From a virus (lineage: Duplodnaviria > Caudoviricetes): 46,319 bases of DNA. The stretch covers positions 1-46,319 of the IMG/VR virus record IMGVR_UViG_3300037501_000018; one strand, 5' to 3'. The notes under the pieces were generated by a model. It saw only the letters and a program-made list of their open reading frames with translations. It was not told the DNA's origin and did no database searches. Each line of letters begins with the position of its first letter. Position 1 is the first letter of the stretch. This document shows, piece by piece, positions 28,730-38,156 of the stretch. Position numbers and translations under genes: made by a program.

Positions 28730-28744
28730 TAAAAGGGGAGAGAT

Positions 28745-28960
28745 ATGACGGGGCAACTGAAAATAGTGGCTCCGTGTCCAGATTGTATGCGGCCTCTACA
28801 TAAGGGTAAAACCTGTGTAGAGGCCGCATTGGATGCGGACTACAATGGTCCTAAACCTGCGCCTCTTTGCCCGATTTGCAATAGGTATCATCCTAAAAAG
28901 GAGAAATGTCAATTACGGAGTAGAGAGGAAGAGGAGCTATACCGACAAAGAAAGTGGTAG
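28745..28960 (+). CDS. Small zinc-binding protein
   Basis: Two CPxC..H..C motifs and a GGGGAG RBS. Confidence 0.65.
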   Translation: MTGQLKIVAPCPDCMRPLHKGKTCVEAALDADYNGPKPAPLCPICNRYHPKKEKCQLRSREEEELYRQRKW

Positions 28961-28963
28961 GTC

Positions 28964-29833
28964 ATGACTACCTACTATACACAGAATCTTGTGTGGGCTG
29001 TTCGTCGCATGATGAACGACTTCGGCGCAGGCGTAATGAAGTTGGATGCGGCCATTACGTCAACAGGCGCTACCACTATGAGTGTATATGATTACCCGGA
29101 CACATTGGAAGCAGGAGATATTGTTGAGTGTGAGCTTGAGCTATGTGAAGTAACAGTAGTTGACCCGGACCTTACTATTACCAGAGGAGAACTGGGGACA
29201 GTAGCAGCTACTCACGTTATCAACACTCCTGTTATCATTCGTCCTAGATATACGAATCTAACAATACTTGATGCGTTAAATGAAGGCATGGAAATGCTTT
29301 CACACTATGATGCACGTATTGTTGAGAATACAGAAGTATCTACTGTTACCAATGTAGAAGAATATACAATAACAGAACCAGTTAATGAAGAAGGTGAATT
29401 GCTTGGTATCGTCTATGTGGAAATGGAGACAGATACTACAGGTAAATACAGAGAACTACCAAACTGGAAGCAAAGTAATAGTACACCGCCAAAGCTTATC
29501 ATTCATGGATGGCAACCTAGCGGTCGTAATTTAAGAATAACAACTGTTCGTTCCTATGCTCAATTGAATTGGGACGATACTGCACAACCGCTAGATTATA
29601 AAGACAAATATGATAAGTTTCTGGTTCGGTTTGCTGCTGGTTTGCTAATGGAACAGGTAGAGCTTCGTGCTTCTGCATTTGATAAATCGGCAGTTACTCA
29701 GACAAGTGATTTACGCACGAGATATCAGCAAATTGGTCGTAACATGCAGACTGCTGCTATGGCTTATCTTGATATTGTTACTTCTTCCACATCTGTTGTC
29801 TATCGTCCCAGCTCAAGGTTTTATCGGTTATGA
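28964..29833 (+). CDS. Head-tail adaptor / tail tubular protein A-like
   Basis: LVWAVRRMMND N-terminal helix, ILDALNEG, FLVRFAAG C-terminal helices, and position between capsid and nozzle genes. Confidence 0.65.
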   Translation: MTTYYTQNLVWAVRRMMNDFGAGVMKLDAAITSTGATTMSVYDYPDTLEAGDIVECELELCEVTVVDPDLTITRGELGTVAATHVINTPVIIRPRYTNLTILDALNEGMEMLSHYDARIVENTEVSTVTNVEEYTITEPVNEEGELLGIVYVEMETDTTGKYRELPNWKQSNSTPPKLIIHGWQPSGRNLRITTVRSYAQLNWDDTAQPLDYKDKYDKFLVRFAAGLLMEQVELRASAFDKSAVTQTSDLRTRYQQIGRNMQTAAMAYLDIVTSSTSVVYRPSSRFYRL

Positions 29834-32100
29834 GAGTTGGTCAATATGACATAAAGTTAGATGATGTTGGATTCATGGTGGTAGAGGGTACGTATTCTGA
29901 TACTGGACGTACTCCATTGCTTGAAAAGAACATTATGGAAACAGCCGAAGGCTCGCTTGACTTCAGCATAGGTTGGCCTTACTTTCAACGTTCATGGATA
30001 CTTGGTGAACAACAAGAGTATACTCATGAATATGACGAGTTGAAGACTAGTGCACCACGCAGATACTTCGAAGGGCATGGTGTTAATAACGAGAAGCATG
30101 GTAAGCTGAGCTTACTCCCCGCACTTACCCGTACTTTAACAGCTACTGATGTAAGTGGTAATTTTGGTACTTGTCCGATATGTACAAATAAAACAGGTTC
30201 GACTGTTTATGCTTTCCCTGCTGGGCAAACCAAAATGTGGAAGTATGCGGCTGGCTCTTGGACAAGTGAATCAATAACAGGTGTAGTCGCTCCTGTGCTT
30301 GATTGTATTAATGCAGGAGATGAACTATATATTGTTGACTCAAATAACTCCGGTTCTCGGGTACTAAAACGTTCATCTGGTGGAACATGGTCAAGAGTTA
30401 CCGTACAAACATCTACCACTAAGTTTGGATATGATGATATCGCCACAGACTATGTTGAAGTTAACATAGATAAAAAGTACACTACCAAGTGGGATTGTCC
30501 ATTCAACGGAACGCTGACCAAGCTAAGCGTATATCTTGATGGTAAGGGTAGCGGTAGTGGAAATCAAGTTTTGAAAGCTATTGTATATAGCGCAAGCGGT
30601 AGCGCTCCTAATGAACTCGTCACAAGTGCCGTGTCTTCTGAAGTGACGGTAACAGATGGACAAAGTGAAGGATGGGTAGACTTTACTTTTACGACACCAC
30701 CAACAGTTACCACTACTGAGTATTTTATTGGAATCATTGCTGGTGGTAATACTAATACGACAAGGCTATATTATCTACAAACTGGCGCAGGTGTATCTGC
30801 TGTAGCATCTGATACATATTCTGATGGACCATCAGCTTCTTTCGGGACTGCTACAATAAGCACAGATTTCTTCTGTGTCTATGCTACTTTGTCTTACGTA
30901 CCGGCAGGATGGGCAACAACTGCATATGATACAGCAACAGCAGTAGCATGGTCTAATGGTGAGCTTTATATCCTTACTCCAACTGCTTTGTATGCTCATA
31001 CGGCGGGAGAATATGGTTCAGAGTGGACAGGTGGCTCCATAATGTGTTCTCATTCGGGATGCATTTTCTTCTCGGATGGGTCTAACAGAGTCTACATGTA
31101 CCAAGGGCAGGGAACACGTTTAATACTTGAAGATTTGCCGGATGGATTTCAAGTTCAATGCTTGTTTTCTAAGCAAGCAAGAATGTGGGTATGTGGTCAA
31201 CTTGCTAATGGTGATGCTGCCATCTACTGGTACAGTAGAAGTATGTGGGGAATAGTTGGACAACTATCTCGTGGTTCTTCTACTTCTCGTTCAATTACGG
31301 CTGGCGCTGCAACGACAGAACATGTTCTTTTTGCTGATAGTAAGTATGGTGGCATAGTCAGACATTACGTATCAGAAGGTGGTTTAAGTCATTATCTAGC
31401 TTTTGGCTCAGAAATGACTATACCATACAAGGGTCTTACTACTGGCGCTGGGAAGACTGTTATTGTGTTGTATAATAATGGAGCTAATGACGGTATATAT
31501 GTCGATTCAGCCAATACGTATGTAGCTTCTGGTTGGATTGAAGGTTCTAATAGTGATGTGCAAATGCCAGGACATACTAAGCTTTGGCATTCTATCACAG
31601 TTGAATGTTTACCGTTGAAAGCAGGAGAGAAGATACAAGTCTATGCTTCGGTAGATGGTGGTACTACTTTTACTCATTATGGCGATATAGATGGTATTGG
31701 TGTTACTCGTGGTGAGTTTCGCATAGAAGCAACTAGTGTTATATGCAAATACAAACTTGTACTATATGCTGGAACTAATGCGACTACTACACCATATGTG
31801 ATATCAGTATGTCTACGTGGCTCGCCTGCTGTTAGATACGGACGCAAATGGGAGTTTGGTATTAAAGGTTACATTGAAGTTGAGGACCATACTGGACGTT
31901 CATCCGCCAATATGAAAGAAAAAATAGATGAGCTACTTCAAAAGATTGATACTGCTACGCCTATGAATTTTATTGATATTTACGGCGACCAATATCGCGT
32001 TGTCGCTCGTCCATATAAACGTACTCCATTTCGTGCAACCAAAGAAAATCCTAGACAGTTTGGTGCGGTGGTAACTATTATGCTTGAGGAAACACCATGA
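29830..32100 (+). CDS. Tail nozzle / tubular protein B-like (beta propeller)
   Basis: 756 aa of propeller-like blades. SGWIEGS..KLWHSITV..ASVDGG C-terminal motif typical of podovirus nozzles. Confidence 0.65.
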   Translation: MRVGQYDIKLDDVGFMVVEGTYSDTGRTPLLEKNIMETAEGSLDFSIGWPYFQRSWILGEQQEYTHEYDELKTSAPRRYFEGHGVNNEKHGKLSLLPALTRTLTATDVSGNFGTCPICTNKTGSTVYAFPAGQTKMWKYAAGSWTSESITGVVAPVLDCINAGDELYIVDSNNSGSRVLKRSSGGTWSRVTVQTSTTKFGYDDIATDYVEVNIDKKYTTKWDCPFNGTLTKLSVYLDGKGSGSGNQVLKAIVYSASGSAPNELVTSAVSSEVTVTDGQSEGWVDFTFTTPPTVTTTEYFIGIIAGGNTNTTRLYYLQTGAGVSAVASDTYSDGPSASFGTATISTDFFCVYATLSYVPAGWATTAYDTATAVAWSNGELYILTPTALYAHTAGEYGSEWTGGSIMCSHSGCIFFSDGSNRVYMYQGQGTRLILEDLPDGFQVQCLFSKQARMWVCGQLANGDAAIYWYSRSMWGIVGQLSRGSSTSRSITAGAATTEHVLFADSKYGGIVRHYVSEGGLSHYLAFGSEMTIPYKGLTTGAGKTVIVLYNNGANDGIYVDSANTYVASGWIEGSNSDVQMPGHTKLWHSITVECLPLKAGEKIQVYASVDGGTTFTHYGDIDGIGVTRGEFRIEATSVICKYKLVLYAGTNATTTPYVISVCLRGSPAVRYGRKWEFGIKGYIEVEDHTGRSSANMKEKIDELLQKIDTATPMNFIDIYGDQYRVVARPYKRTPFRATKENPRQFGAVVTIMLEETP

Positions 32101-33749
32101 CAAAATTAGCTCGTTCAGCACCGGGATTCGATTTGCTAACACCACCAGAAGGTAGTGCAGTATTAGATGATATTCAAGTTGTGCGTTGGAACTTAGAGCG
32201 TAATTCTATCAATGCTAATCATATACAAGCTCGCTCCATCACTTCTGAAAAGATTGTTGCAAATGCTATAACTGCAGAACATATTGCAGCAGATTCAGTT
32301 GGGGCTAGGGCGATTATTGCTGATTCTATTACATCAAGAGCGATAGCTGCTGAAGCTATAACAGCAGATAAAATAGCTGCAAACGCTATAACAGCAGATA
32401 AAATTAGCGTATCTCAACTATCAGCTATTTCTGCTGACCTTGGGACTATAACAGCAGGTAGCATTGGTGTTACTGGTAGTGTTACAATTGGTGGTAACGT
32501 ATCTATCGGTGGTGTTTTGGGAAACAACTTTGTCCAGACATTTTATCAGGCTTCTGCTCCTACAGGTGGAACATATCATGTGGGTGATTTGTGGGTCAAC
32601 TCTGATACGCTAAGAACATTTAGATGGAATGGTAGCAACTGGACTTCTCAATCAGTATCAACCAACACCACGACGTTCGCTCAAGACAGCATCCCGACCT
32701 CGCTGGCCGAGGGCGACCTGTGGGTGGACACGAACGACGGGAACAAGCTGTACCGGGCTGCGTCCGCCGGGGCCAATGAAGTCGCGGCGGGCGAGTGGGT
32801 GGCGGTCATGGATGCCATCAACGCGGGCGGCTACGTCACCGTGGACAGCAACAACAACATCACCAGCATCTCCACGGCTGGCATCACGGTAGCCACCGCT
32901 TCATCCGGGGCCAGGACGCAGATGGATGCGGATGGCATCAAGATTTTCGATTCGGGGGGGACGGCTCGCACCTACCTGACTGCCGGGGATGGTTTGGAGA
33001 TACGCTGCGCCTCTGATACCCCGGGCAACTCCGAAGTGCTGACCATCGCGGGCGCGACCGGGGTGGTGAAGGCGAACCTTTGGTACAACCCGACTTTGGA
33101 GCGAGTAATCCTGTATGCCGACGACGCCGACGCCTCTCCCGACAACATCCTTGACTTATGGCTCGCCGCCGACAAGGGCAACGCCTACCTGTACGCGATG
33201 GGCGCGGGCATAGGTGTTACCGATATATACGCCGCCGACGACGTAGAGATAACCGCCGATCACCAGATACTCCTGATGGCAGACAACGGCTTCGTGTTCG
33301 ACACGGGCACCAACATCGACGCCTACTATTTCAAGCAACTGGGCACCACCGTCGCCTACACCGATACGGCGGGCAACTTCTCGTTCAAGAAGGGATGGAC
33401 TGACTGGACTCCGACCGTGACGGCTTCCGGGTCGATGACCATAAGCAGTTTAAGTATCACCCGCGCCAAGTATCAGGTGCATGGCAGCGTACTGCATTTC
33501 GTGATCGGCATGACCTTCACCACAGGTGGGACCGCAAGCACGGACGTGATTTTCACATTGCCAGGCGGCTACACCATGTCCACTTCGCAAGGCCAGGGCT
33601 ACGGGCACTTCGTTGACGGCTCCACGACAGATGTGCTACGTAGCAACTACCAGTCCTCAACCTCGATCTGGGTCAAGAAGCGCGACGGCTCAAACTGGGG
33701 ATTGGGCACAAGTCGCGCCATATACATAACCGGCTTCGTCGCGGTGTAG
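32097..33749 (+). CDS. Tail fibre / receptor-binding protein
   Basis: 10-aa IAANAITADK repeats, LSAISADLGTITAG, two P..GDLWV modules, and a C-terminal WTDWTPT..AKYQVHG..FTLP receptor-binding head. Confidence 0.85.
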   Translation: MTKLARSAPGFDLLTPPEGSAVLDDIQVVRWNLERNSINANHIQARSITSEKIVANAITAEHIAADSVGARAIIADSITSRAIAAEAITADKIAANAITADKISVSQLSAISADLGTITAGSIGVTGSVTIGGNVSIGGVLGNNFVQTFYQASAPTGGTYHVGDLWVNSDTLRTFRWNGSNWTSQSVSTNTTTFAQDSIPTSLAEGDLWVDTNDGNKLYRAASAGANEVAAGEWVAVMDAINAGGYVTVDSNNNITSISTAGITVATASSGARTQMDADGIKIFDSGGTARTYLTAGDGLEIRCASDTPGNSEVLTIAGATGVVKANLWYNPTLERVILYADDADASPDNILDLWLAADKGNAYLYAMGAGIGVTDIYAADDVEITADHQILLMADNGFVFDTGTNIDAYYFKQLGTTVAYTDTAGNFSFKKGWTDWTPTVTASGSMTISSLSITRAKYQVHGSVLHFVIGMTFTTGGTASTDVIFTLPGGYTMSTSQGQGYGHFVDGSTTDVLRSNYQSSTSIWVKKRDGSNWGLGTSRAIYITGFVAV

Positions 33750-34066
33750 AGAAGGAGCGCATCATGGCTTTCGACAGAGACGAAGAAGTAAGACCAGCCC
33801 GCACCAAGCGAGCGGAGAAGGTCGTTACCCTGGTGGCAGGCGACCGCATCCGAATCGCCAAGAATGACACCGTTTGGATTGATGAGGTGGTCCCCGAGGG
33901 CAAGGTGTGGCGGCTTCGCATGGTCGTTCGTGTAGTGGAAACCGACGCTGAGTAGGCGAACGTTATGGTCGGCACCTACCTCGGACAGATCGGTGGAGTG
34001 GCGGGCGTCATCGCCGCCGTGTTCACGCTGGTCTGGTTCCTATTCGGCCCCATCAGCGGGTACTGG
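32661..34066. other. High-GC recombined segment (distal tail fibre plus two small genes)
   Basis: Abrupt switch to C/G-ending codons (about 60% GC by eye) versus the A/T-ending background. Holds 4 of the 5 GATC sites found. Confidence 0.9.
33764..33955 (+). CDS. Small hypothetical protein (fibre-associated)
   Basis: 63 aa, AAGGAG RBS, within the high-GC segment. Confidence 0.7.
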   Translation: MAFDRDEEVRPARTKRAEKVVTLVAGDRIRIAKNDTVWIDEVVPEGKVWRLRMVVRVVETDAE

Positions 34067-34075
34067 TATAGTTAG
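33965..34075 (+). CDS. 36-aa single-TM peptide, possibly a truncated holin-like gene of the donor
   Basis: MVGTYLGQIGGVAGVIAAVFTLVWFLFGPISGYWYS. Weak RBS, and the high-GC tract ends inside it. Confidence 0.4.
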   Translation: MVGTYLGQIGGVAGVIAAVFTLVWFLFGPISGYWYS

Positions 34076-34083
34076 GAGATATC

Positions 34084-34284
34084 ATGGCTAAGATGAAGAA
34101 AAAAAAGAATTGGATACAAGATGCGATTAAGCATCCGGGCAGGCTGACTAAAGCATTGGGTGGTAATGTTACTGTTGCTAGAGCTAGAGCATTGATGAAA
34201 TCTAAAACAGCAGACCCAGGATTGAAAAGAGCTGCTGCTCTTTATGTGAATGTGCTAAGTAAAACAAACAAGAAAAAGAAATAG
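34084..34284 (+). CDS. Small basic phage protein (KNWIQxAIKHPG motif)
   Basis: 66 aa, Lys-rich, AGGAG RBS. Confidence 0.75.
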   Translation: MAKMKKKKNWIQDAIKHPGRLTKALGGNVTVARARALMKSKTADPGLKRAAALYVNVLSKTNKKKK

Positions 34285-34294
34285 TGAGCTTCCA

Positions 34295-34714
34295 ATGACT
34301 GTAGAGCGAAGATTGGAAGCGTTAGAGGAGGGCCAAGGGAAGATTCTTACCATTATTGGAGATATGAAACTAGAACAGGGTCGTATATCTGGTATGCTTT
34401 CGGAGTGGATATCAGAGAGAAGAAACAGCATAGATTCATACGAGAAAGTATTTGCAGCATTTCTTCGAGAATGCGAAGCTAGACGAGAGAATGTAGAGAA
34501 AGAAATGATTTATATTAATACTCAGCTTAACACACAACAAGAAACAATCAATTCGCACGAAAAGCGTATCAGTAAAGTTGAAAAACATTTCATGATACGA
34601 ACAGCAAACTGGTCAACTACGAAAGCAGTTGTTATCTTTATCAGCACACTTGCTGGTGTTATTCTGTCCTGCATTGCTATTGTTGAAGCAATAAATCATA
34701 TGATTGGGAACTGA
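34295..34714 (+). CDS. Coiled-coil protein with C-terminal TM helix (XhlA-like lysis accessory)
   Basis: ERRLEALE...HEKRISKVE coiled coil followed by AVVIFISTLAGVILSCIAIV. Confidence 0.65.
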   Translation: MTVERRLEALEEGQGKILTIIGDMKLEQGRISGMLSEWISERRNSIDSYEKVFAAFLRECEARRENVEKEMIYINTQLNTQQETINSHEKRISKVEKHFMIRTANWSTTKAVVIFISTLAGVILSCIAIVEAINHMIGN

Positions 34715-34943
34715 AATGAATAAAGATGCTAAACAGCCTCAGAATGATAATGAACTTACATTGGATGAAGGGAAAATTACGATTGGTTATGTTCTGCCCG
34801 ATGGAGGAATTGAAATAAATATCAAAGACCCTATTTGCATTCTTCGACCAGCTACGTCAGACGATGTTGTGATAAATACTAATATGAGAGAGTGGATGTA
34901 CCTTGGTACTTTGGCTTTAGCATACAAGAAGCTGTTTAGATGA
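34704..34943 (+). CDS. Hypothetical protein
   Basis: 79-aa ORF in operon. Start position uncertain. Confidence 0.5.
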   Translation: MGTEMNKDAKQPQNDNELTLDEGKITIGYVLPDGGIEINIKDPICILRPATSDDVVINTNMREWMYLGTLALAYKKLFR

Positions 34944-34969
34944 TGCTATATCTTGACATTTGCGATTGA

Positions 34970-35088
34970 TTCCGGCCAGGGCGGGCTTCAGGACAGCCTC
35001 ACCACGGGCCGGAAAGGGGAGAACAGGTATCAGAACACCCCCCCAAAATTCCACATACATCCACAAACTGATAGAAAGGTGGTGAGAC
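34970..35088 (+). promoter_or_regulatory. GC-rich structured leader upstream of the holin
   Basis: Stem TTCCGGCC (34970-34977)/GGCCGGAA (35007-35014) with inner GGCT/AGCC. CTCACCAC (34998-35005) is complementary to GTGGTGAG (35079-35086) over the holin SD. Confidence 0.5.
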
Positions 35089-35418
35089 ATGGAACCTAAC
35101 GATTTGGCATTGATAGTTGGTGCAGCAATCTCGATTCTCATTCCATTTATAACTGGATTTTTGAGTAAACGCAGTTGGAATGGAGCTATCAAGTATGCTA
35201 TCACAATTGTATTGTCATTGGCTGTTGGCTTTGGTAGTGTGCTTATAGCGAACAACGGTGTAATGGATTGGGCTAATTGGGTTACAATTCTTCTTGCATC
35301 CATTGTTGCAGCTAAATCTTCTTATTGGCTGTTTATTGAGAAAACAGGATTAAAAGAATGGCTTGCCGCACATGGTATTGCAGACAAACCATCAATAGAT
35401 AACACAGATTCAGATTGA
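35089..35418 (+). CDS. Holin (3 predicted TM segments, charged C-terminus)
   Basis: LALIVGAAISILIPFITGFL, YAITIVLSLAVGFGSVLI and WVTILLASIVAA segments. Last gene of the late arm. Confidence 0.8.
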   Translation: MEPNDLALIVGAAISILIPFITGFLSKRSWNGAIKYAITIVLSLAVGFGSVLIANNGVMDWANWVTILLASIVAAKSSYWLFIEKTGLKEWLAAHGIADKPSIDNTDSD

Positions 35419-35420
35419 TT

Positions 35421-35478
35421 CTACCGCAAGGTAGCCTGCCCCTAGCTTTCTCTCCCCTCTAGGGGCAGGATTTATTTT
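35421..35478 (+). terminator. Terminator between the convergent arms
   Basis: CTACC-GCAA-GGTAG tetraloop hairpin, then CCTGCCCCTAG (35435-35445)/CTAGGGGCAGG (35459-35469) and ATTTATTTT. Confidence 0.8.
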
Positions 35479-35483
35479 ATGAG

Positions 35484-35936
35484 TTAAACACCTTTACCGG
35501 CTTTAGCCCATGCAGCACGACTCTTACACATTCCTTCTTCATCTATTATTGTTACGGCAAACTGCATATTTCTTGTGCGTATTACAACATCACCATTGTA
35601 AAGTATCTTGATTCCACCTTTGTGTAGTTTGATTGTTGCAACTACATCACCAAATTCTTTGGTGATTTGCGATACAGTAGCCTTTATTGGTAGTATACCA
35701 TACTTGTGATACCACTTATCAGACTTAAGTGTAAAATACATAGGCGCATTATTAGACACTACAGCCTGAAATTCTCCATCATCCGAAAATCTATATCCAA
35801 CAACTTCAAATATGCCACGTTTACGTTCAGAAACAGACTTATCACGATGGAAGAGTTGTACGTAAAATTTATTACGAAAGAGTTGCTCATGAAATCCGTC
35901 GTATAGCTCTTCTTTATTGTAAATATTATCGGTCAC
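35484..35936 (-). CDS. Hypothetical protein
   Basis: 150 aa, last gene of the leftward operon, GGGGGAG upstream. Confidence 0.7.
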   Translation of the reverse strand: MTDNIYNKEELYDGFHEQLFRNKFYVQLFHRDKSVSERKRGIFEVVGYRFSDDGEFQAVVSNNAPMYFTLKSDKWYHKYGILPIKATVSQITKEFGDVVATIKLHKGGIKILYNGDVVIRTRNMQFAVTIIDEEGMCKSRAAWAKAGKGV

Positions 35937-36468
35937 TAGATTCTCCCCCTTCTTTTTTTGCCATCTTCATTATCTTCTCCCTGATAATCTGTCGCTCGTA
36001 TGGACCGATATATCTTCCTTCTATTTGTTCTGGAATTTCTATCTCTCTTGGTAAAGTTCGTGCAGCCTGTATCGCTTCTGCTTCCTTCTTAGTTATATCA
36101 GCAGCTATGAATGCTTGCTCAGCATCAAATATAACTTTACCAGCAGCACCACCTATTGTGTCTCCTATCCAAACGGCTATTGTATGTATAGCTTCATCTA
36201 GATAAAGCAGGTTATTTCTACAATCGGCAATGATAAGCCATCGCAAGTAGTCGTGAGCACTTCTGAATCCTTTCTCTGCTGCTCTAGCGTACAATGTTTC
36301 TTGCATTAACGGAGATACAGTAAAATGAATTATCCGTTTCTCGGTAGATGAGCCTTCTATGTCATTTGGTATTTGGTCACCTTTTCTATGACCACGTTTA
36401 CCAACTGTGTTAAAATCATCAATCGTATCACCTTCGTATGAAAAATCTCCACGTCTTTTCTTTGCCAT
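35926..36468 (-). CDS. Ribbon-helix-helix domain DNA-binding protein
   Basis: RIIHFTVSPLMQETLYARAAEKGFRSAHDYLRWLI fits the RHH strand-helix-G-helix pattern. Confidence 0.6.
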   Translation of the reverse strand: MAKKRRGDFSYEGDTIDDFNTVGKRGHRKGDQIPNDIEGSSTEKRIIHFTVSPLMQETLYARAAEKGFRSAHDYLRWLIIADCRNNLLYLDEAIHTIAVWIGDTIGGAAGKVIFDAEQAFIAADITKKEAEAIQAARTLPREIEIPEQIEGRYIGPYERQIIREKIMKMAKKEGGESSDR

Positions 36469-36779
36469 TATATTTTCTCCTTCAAATCATGCGACAATCT
36501 ATTGGCCGCAGCCTCAAGTGCATCCCACAAGTCAGGCGATATATGGTAGAGACACGATGGGTCGTCACGGGGTATGGCGCGGTAGTTAGGCAGGCAGGTA
36601 CATATCGGCTTTCCTTTGCCCCATTCTGCCGCGAAAGCATCCAATATACCATCCAGTATGCTGCGAAGAGTCTGCAATTCTTCTTTGTTCCGCGCCAGGG
36701 TTTGCTCAAGTCGTTGGGCTGTCCCCTTGCTCATCACTTCTCCATCAGCCTCAGTCAGGTATTCGGTATCATTGTCCAT
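36468..36779 (-). CDS. Hypothetical protein (higher GC, Cys/His motif)
   Basis: 103 aa, AAGGA RBS, CTC...CLYH. Confidence 0.65.
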   Translation of the reverse strand: MDNDTEYLTEADGEVMSKGTAQRLEQTLARNKEELQTLRSILDGILDAFAAEWGKGKPICTCLPNYRAIPRDDPSCLYHISPDLWDALEAAANRLSHDLKEKI

Positions 36780-36781
36780 AT

Positions 36782-37672
36782 TTATTCCTTCTCTCCTAAT
36801 CTTCTTTTCACTTCTTCTATCTCATCATCCTTGAGATACATCTTCGCTTCTTGTTCGTAATCTTGTCCAACCCATGCATGTTTTACCATCATCACGAATC
36901 GTGCGATTCTATCTTCACGTTCCTGGTATTGTTTTCTACGTTTATTTTCTGCAGCTATTACCGTAGGTGACATTTCCATGAATTTTTCTAAGTGTGTATC
37001 GTCACGACATATAAGCTCGATATCGTTATGCAGTTGTCTTTCTGCATTTTGCCCCATATGCCAGCTAGATGCGCGACAACCATCTATCGCATCTTTGATA
37101 TCCTTAACGTCGTAGTTTTTCAATCGTTCAAGAATAGCGTTCTTACGTTCGTCAGTTAGTTTAGTATTCGGAGATTTACCCATTACTTCTACCCAGTAAG
37201 AAAATACAGTTTTAGCTGCTACAGATGCTTGTCTAGCAAGCTCACCCGGAGCAGAATATATAACTGACATATCAGAGTTATTTAATGTAGAATCAAATCT
37301 GTCCTTTGATGAGTAGCTGTTCGGTGCTTTAGTGGAGTATTGCAGGAGTTTTAGATGTAACCATCTTTGCTTTTTCGGGTCGTCTACATCATAGATTATC
37401 TCTAGCATTTTAAGGTCAACTAGATTAGTTATCAGACCCTGAATTTGCTTGACGGTTGGCTGCTTTTTCACGCCGCGAGATAGCCAAGATATCCCCTCTG
37501 CCATTACATTGTAGCTTGTTATTAATTCACCTGGCATAACCTGAATCTTTCTTCCTGATATCTCAAATGTTTTAGTCACCTTTTCTGCGTGAATTACCAA
37601 CCACAACCAAAGTCTATGAGCAAAGAGATTACTCCAAAGTTCACCCGCAGACCACGATTCATCGTAATCCAC
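36782..37672 (-). CDS. Phage replication initiator (N-terminal winged helix, conserved phage C-terminal domain)
   Basis: LWLWLVIHA..GELITSY..TVKQI N-terminal domain. VFSYW..KLTDERK..I..RL..AIDGC..WHMGQN..DIELICR..EKF C-terminal domain. Confidence 0.8.
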   Translation of the reverse strand: MDYDESWSAGELWSNLFAHRLWLWLVIHAEKVTKTFEISGRKIQVMPGELITSYNVMAEGISWLSRGVKKQPTVKQIQGLITNLVDLKMLEIIYDVDDPKKQRWLHLKLLQYSTKAPNSYSSKDRFDSTLNNSDMSVIYSAPGELARQASVAAKTVFSYWVEVMGKSPNTKLTDERKNAILERLKNYDVKDIKDAIDGCRASSWHMGQNAERQLHNDIELICRDDTHLEKFMEMSPTVIAAENKRRKQYQEREDRIARFVMMVKHAWVGQDYEQEAKMYLKDDEIEEVKRRLGEKE

Positions 37673-37681
37673 GGCTGACTC

Positions 37682-38155
37682 CTATTCAATCGGACGTAAT
37701 GTAAATATAACTTTTTCGTCTTCTCGTCGTTTCACCACTTCTAGTTTTATAATACCTATTCTGACTATCTGCTTATCGTCCCAATCAATTCCAACCCGTT
37801 GTGCGTATTGATTAACCCCATCTTCTATGGATTTGATGATATTAGTTACATCACCATGTTTTGCTGTAACGTAGATGTGACCTTCTAATTGATACAATAG
37901 ATTGGGTTCAAGACGCAGCTTGTGGTCAAAACATGACCGCATTACTAATTTCTGATATCGGACTGTATTAGATGGTGTATAGATTCTTCCTGTCTTTGGA
38001 TTTATTCTACCACGCTCTTTTGCATATGGATGCCCCAGCACTACAACTGTATCATTTACTAAATCATTGATATTAAGTTTTGATACAGTTTGTTTTTCTT
38101 TTACGTGTCTTTTGTTATTTGCTGGCTCATCTGATTCAACCAATGACAACTTCAT
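37682..38155 (-). CDS. rusA: RusA-family Holliday junction resolvase
   Basis: P.AKER..YTP, GDVTNIIKSIEDG and WDDKQIV catalytic motifs. Confidence 0.85.
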   Translation of the reverse strand: MKLSLVESDEPANNKRHVKEKQTVSKLNINDLVNDTVVVLGHPYAKERGRINPKTGRIYTPSNTVRYQKLVMRSCFDHKLRLEPNLLYQLEGHIYVTAKHGDVTNIIKSIEDGVNQYAQRVGIDWDDKQIVRIGIIKLEVVKRREDEKVIFTLRPIE

Positions 38156-38156
38156 G

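Noticed and set aside
32097-34075. Diversity-generating retroelement acting on the tail fibre
   Set aside because: No reverse transcriptase and no TR/VR pair differing at adenines was seen. The anomaly is compositional.
34953-34981. TTGACA at 34953 as a holin promoter
   Set aside because: No -10 element at 16-18 bp (CCAGGG at 17 bp).
34970-35044. tRNA-Sec or SRP RNA (GGGCTTCA, CCGGAAAGG)
   Set aside because: No T-arm GTTCRA, no acceptor stem and no SRP domain IV internal loop. Kept only as a generic structured leader.
1915-35418. Stop-codon reassignment
   Set aside because: The standard code gives full-length, tightly packed genes ending in TAA, TAG and TGA.
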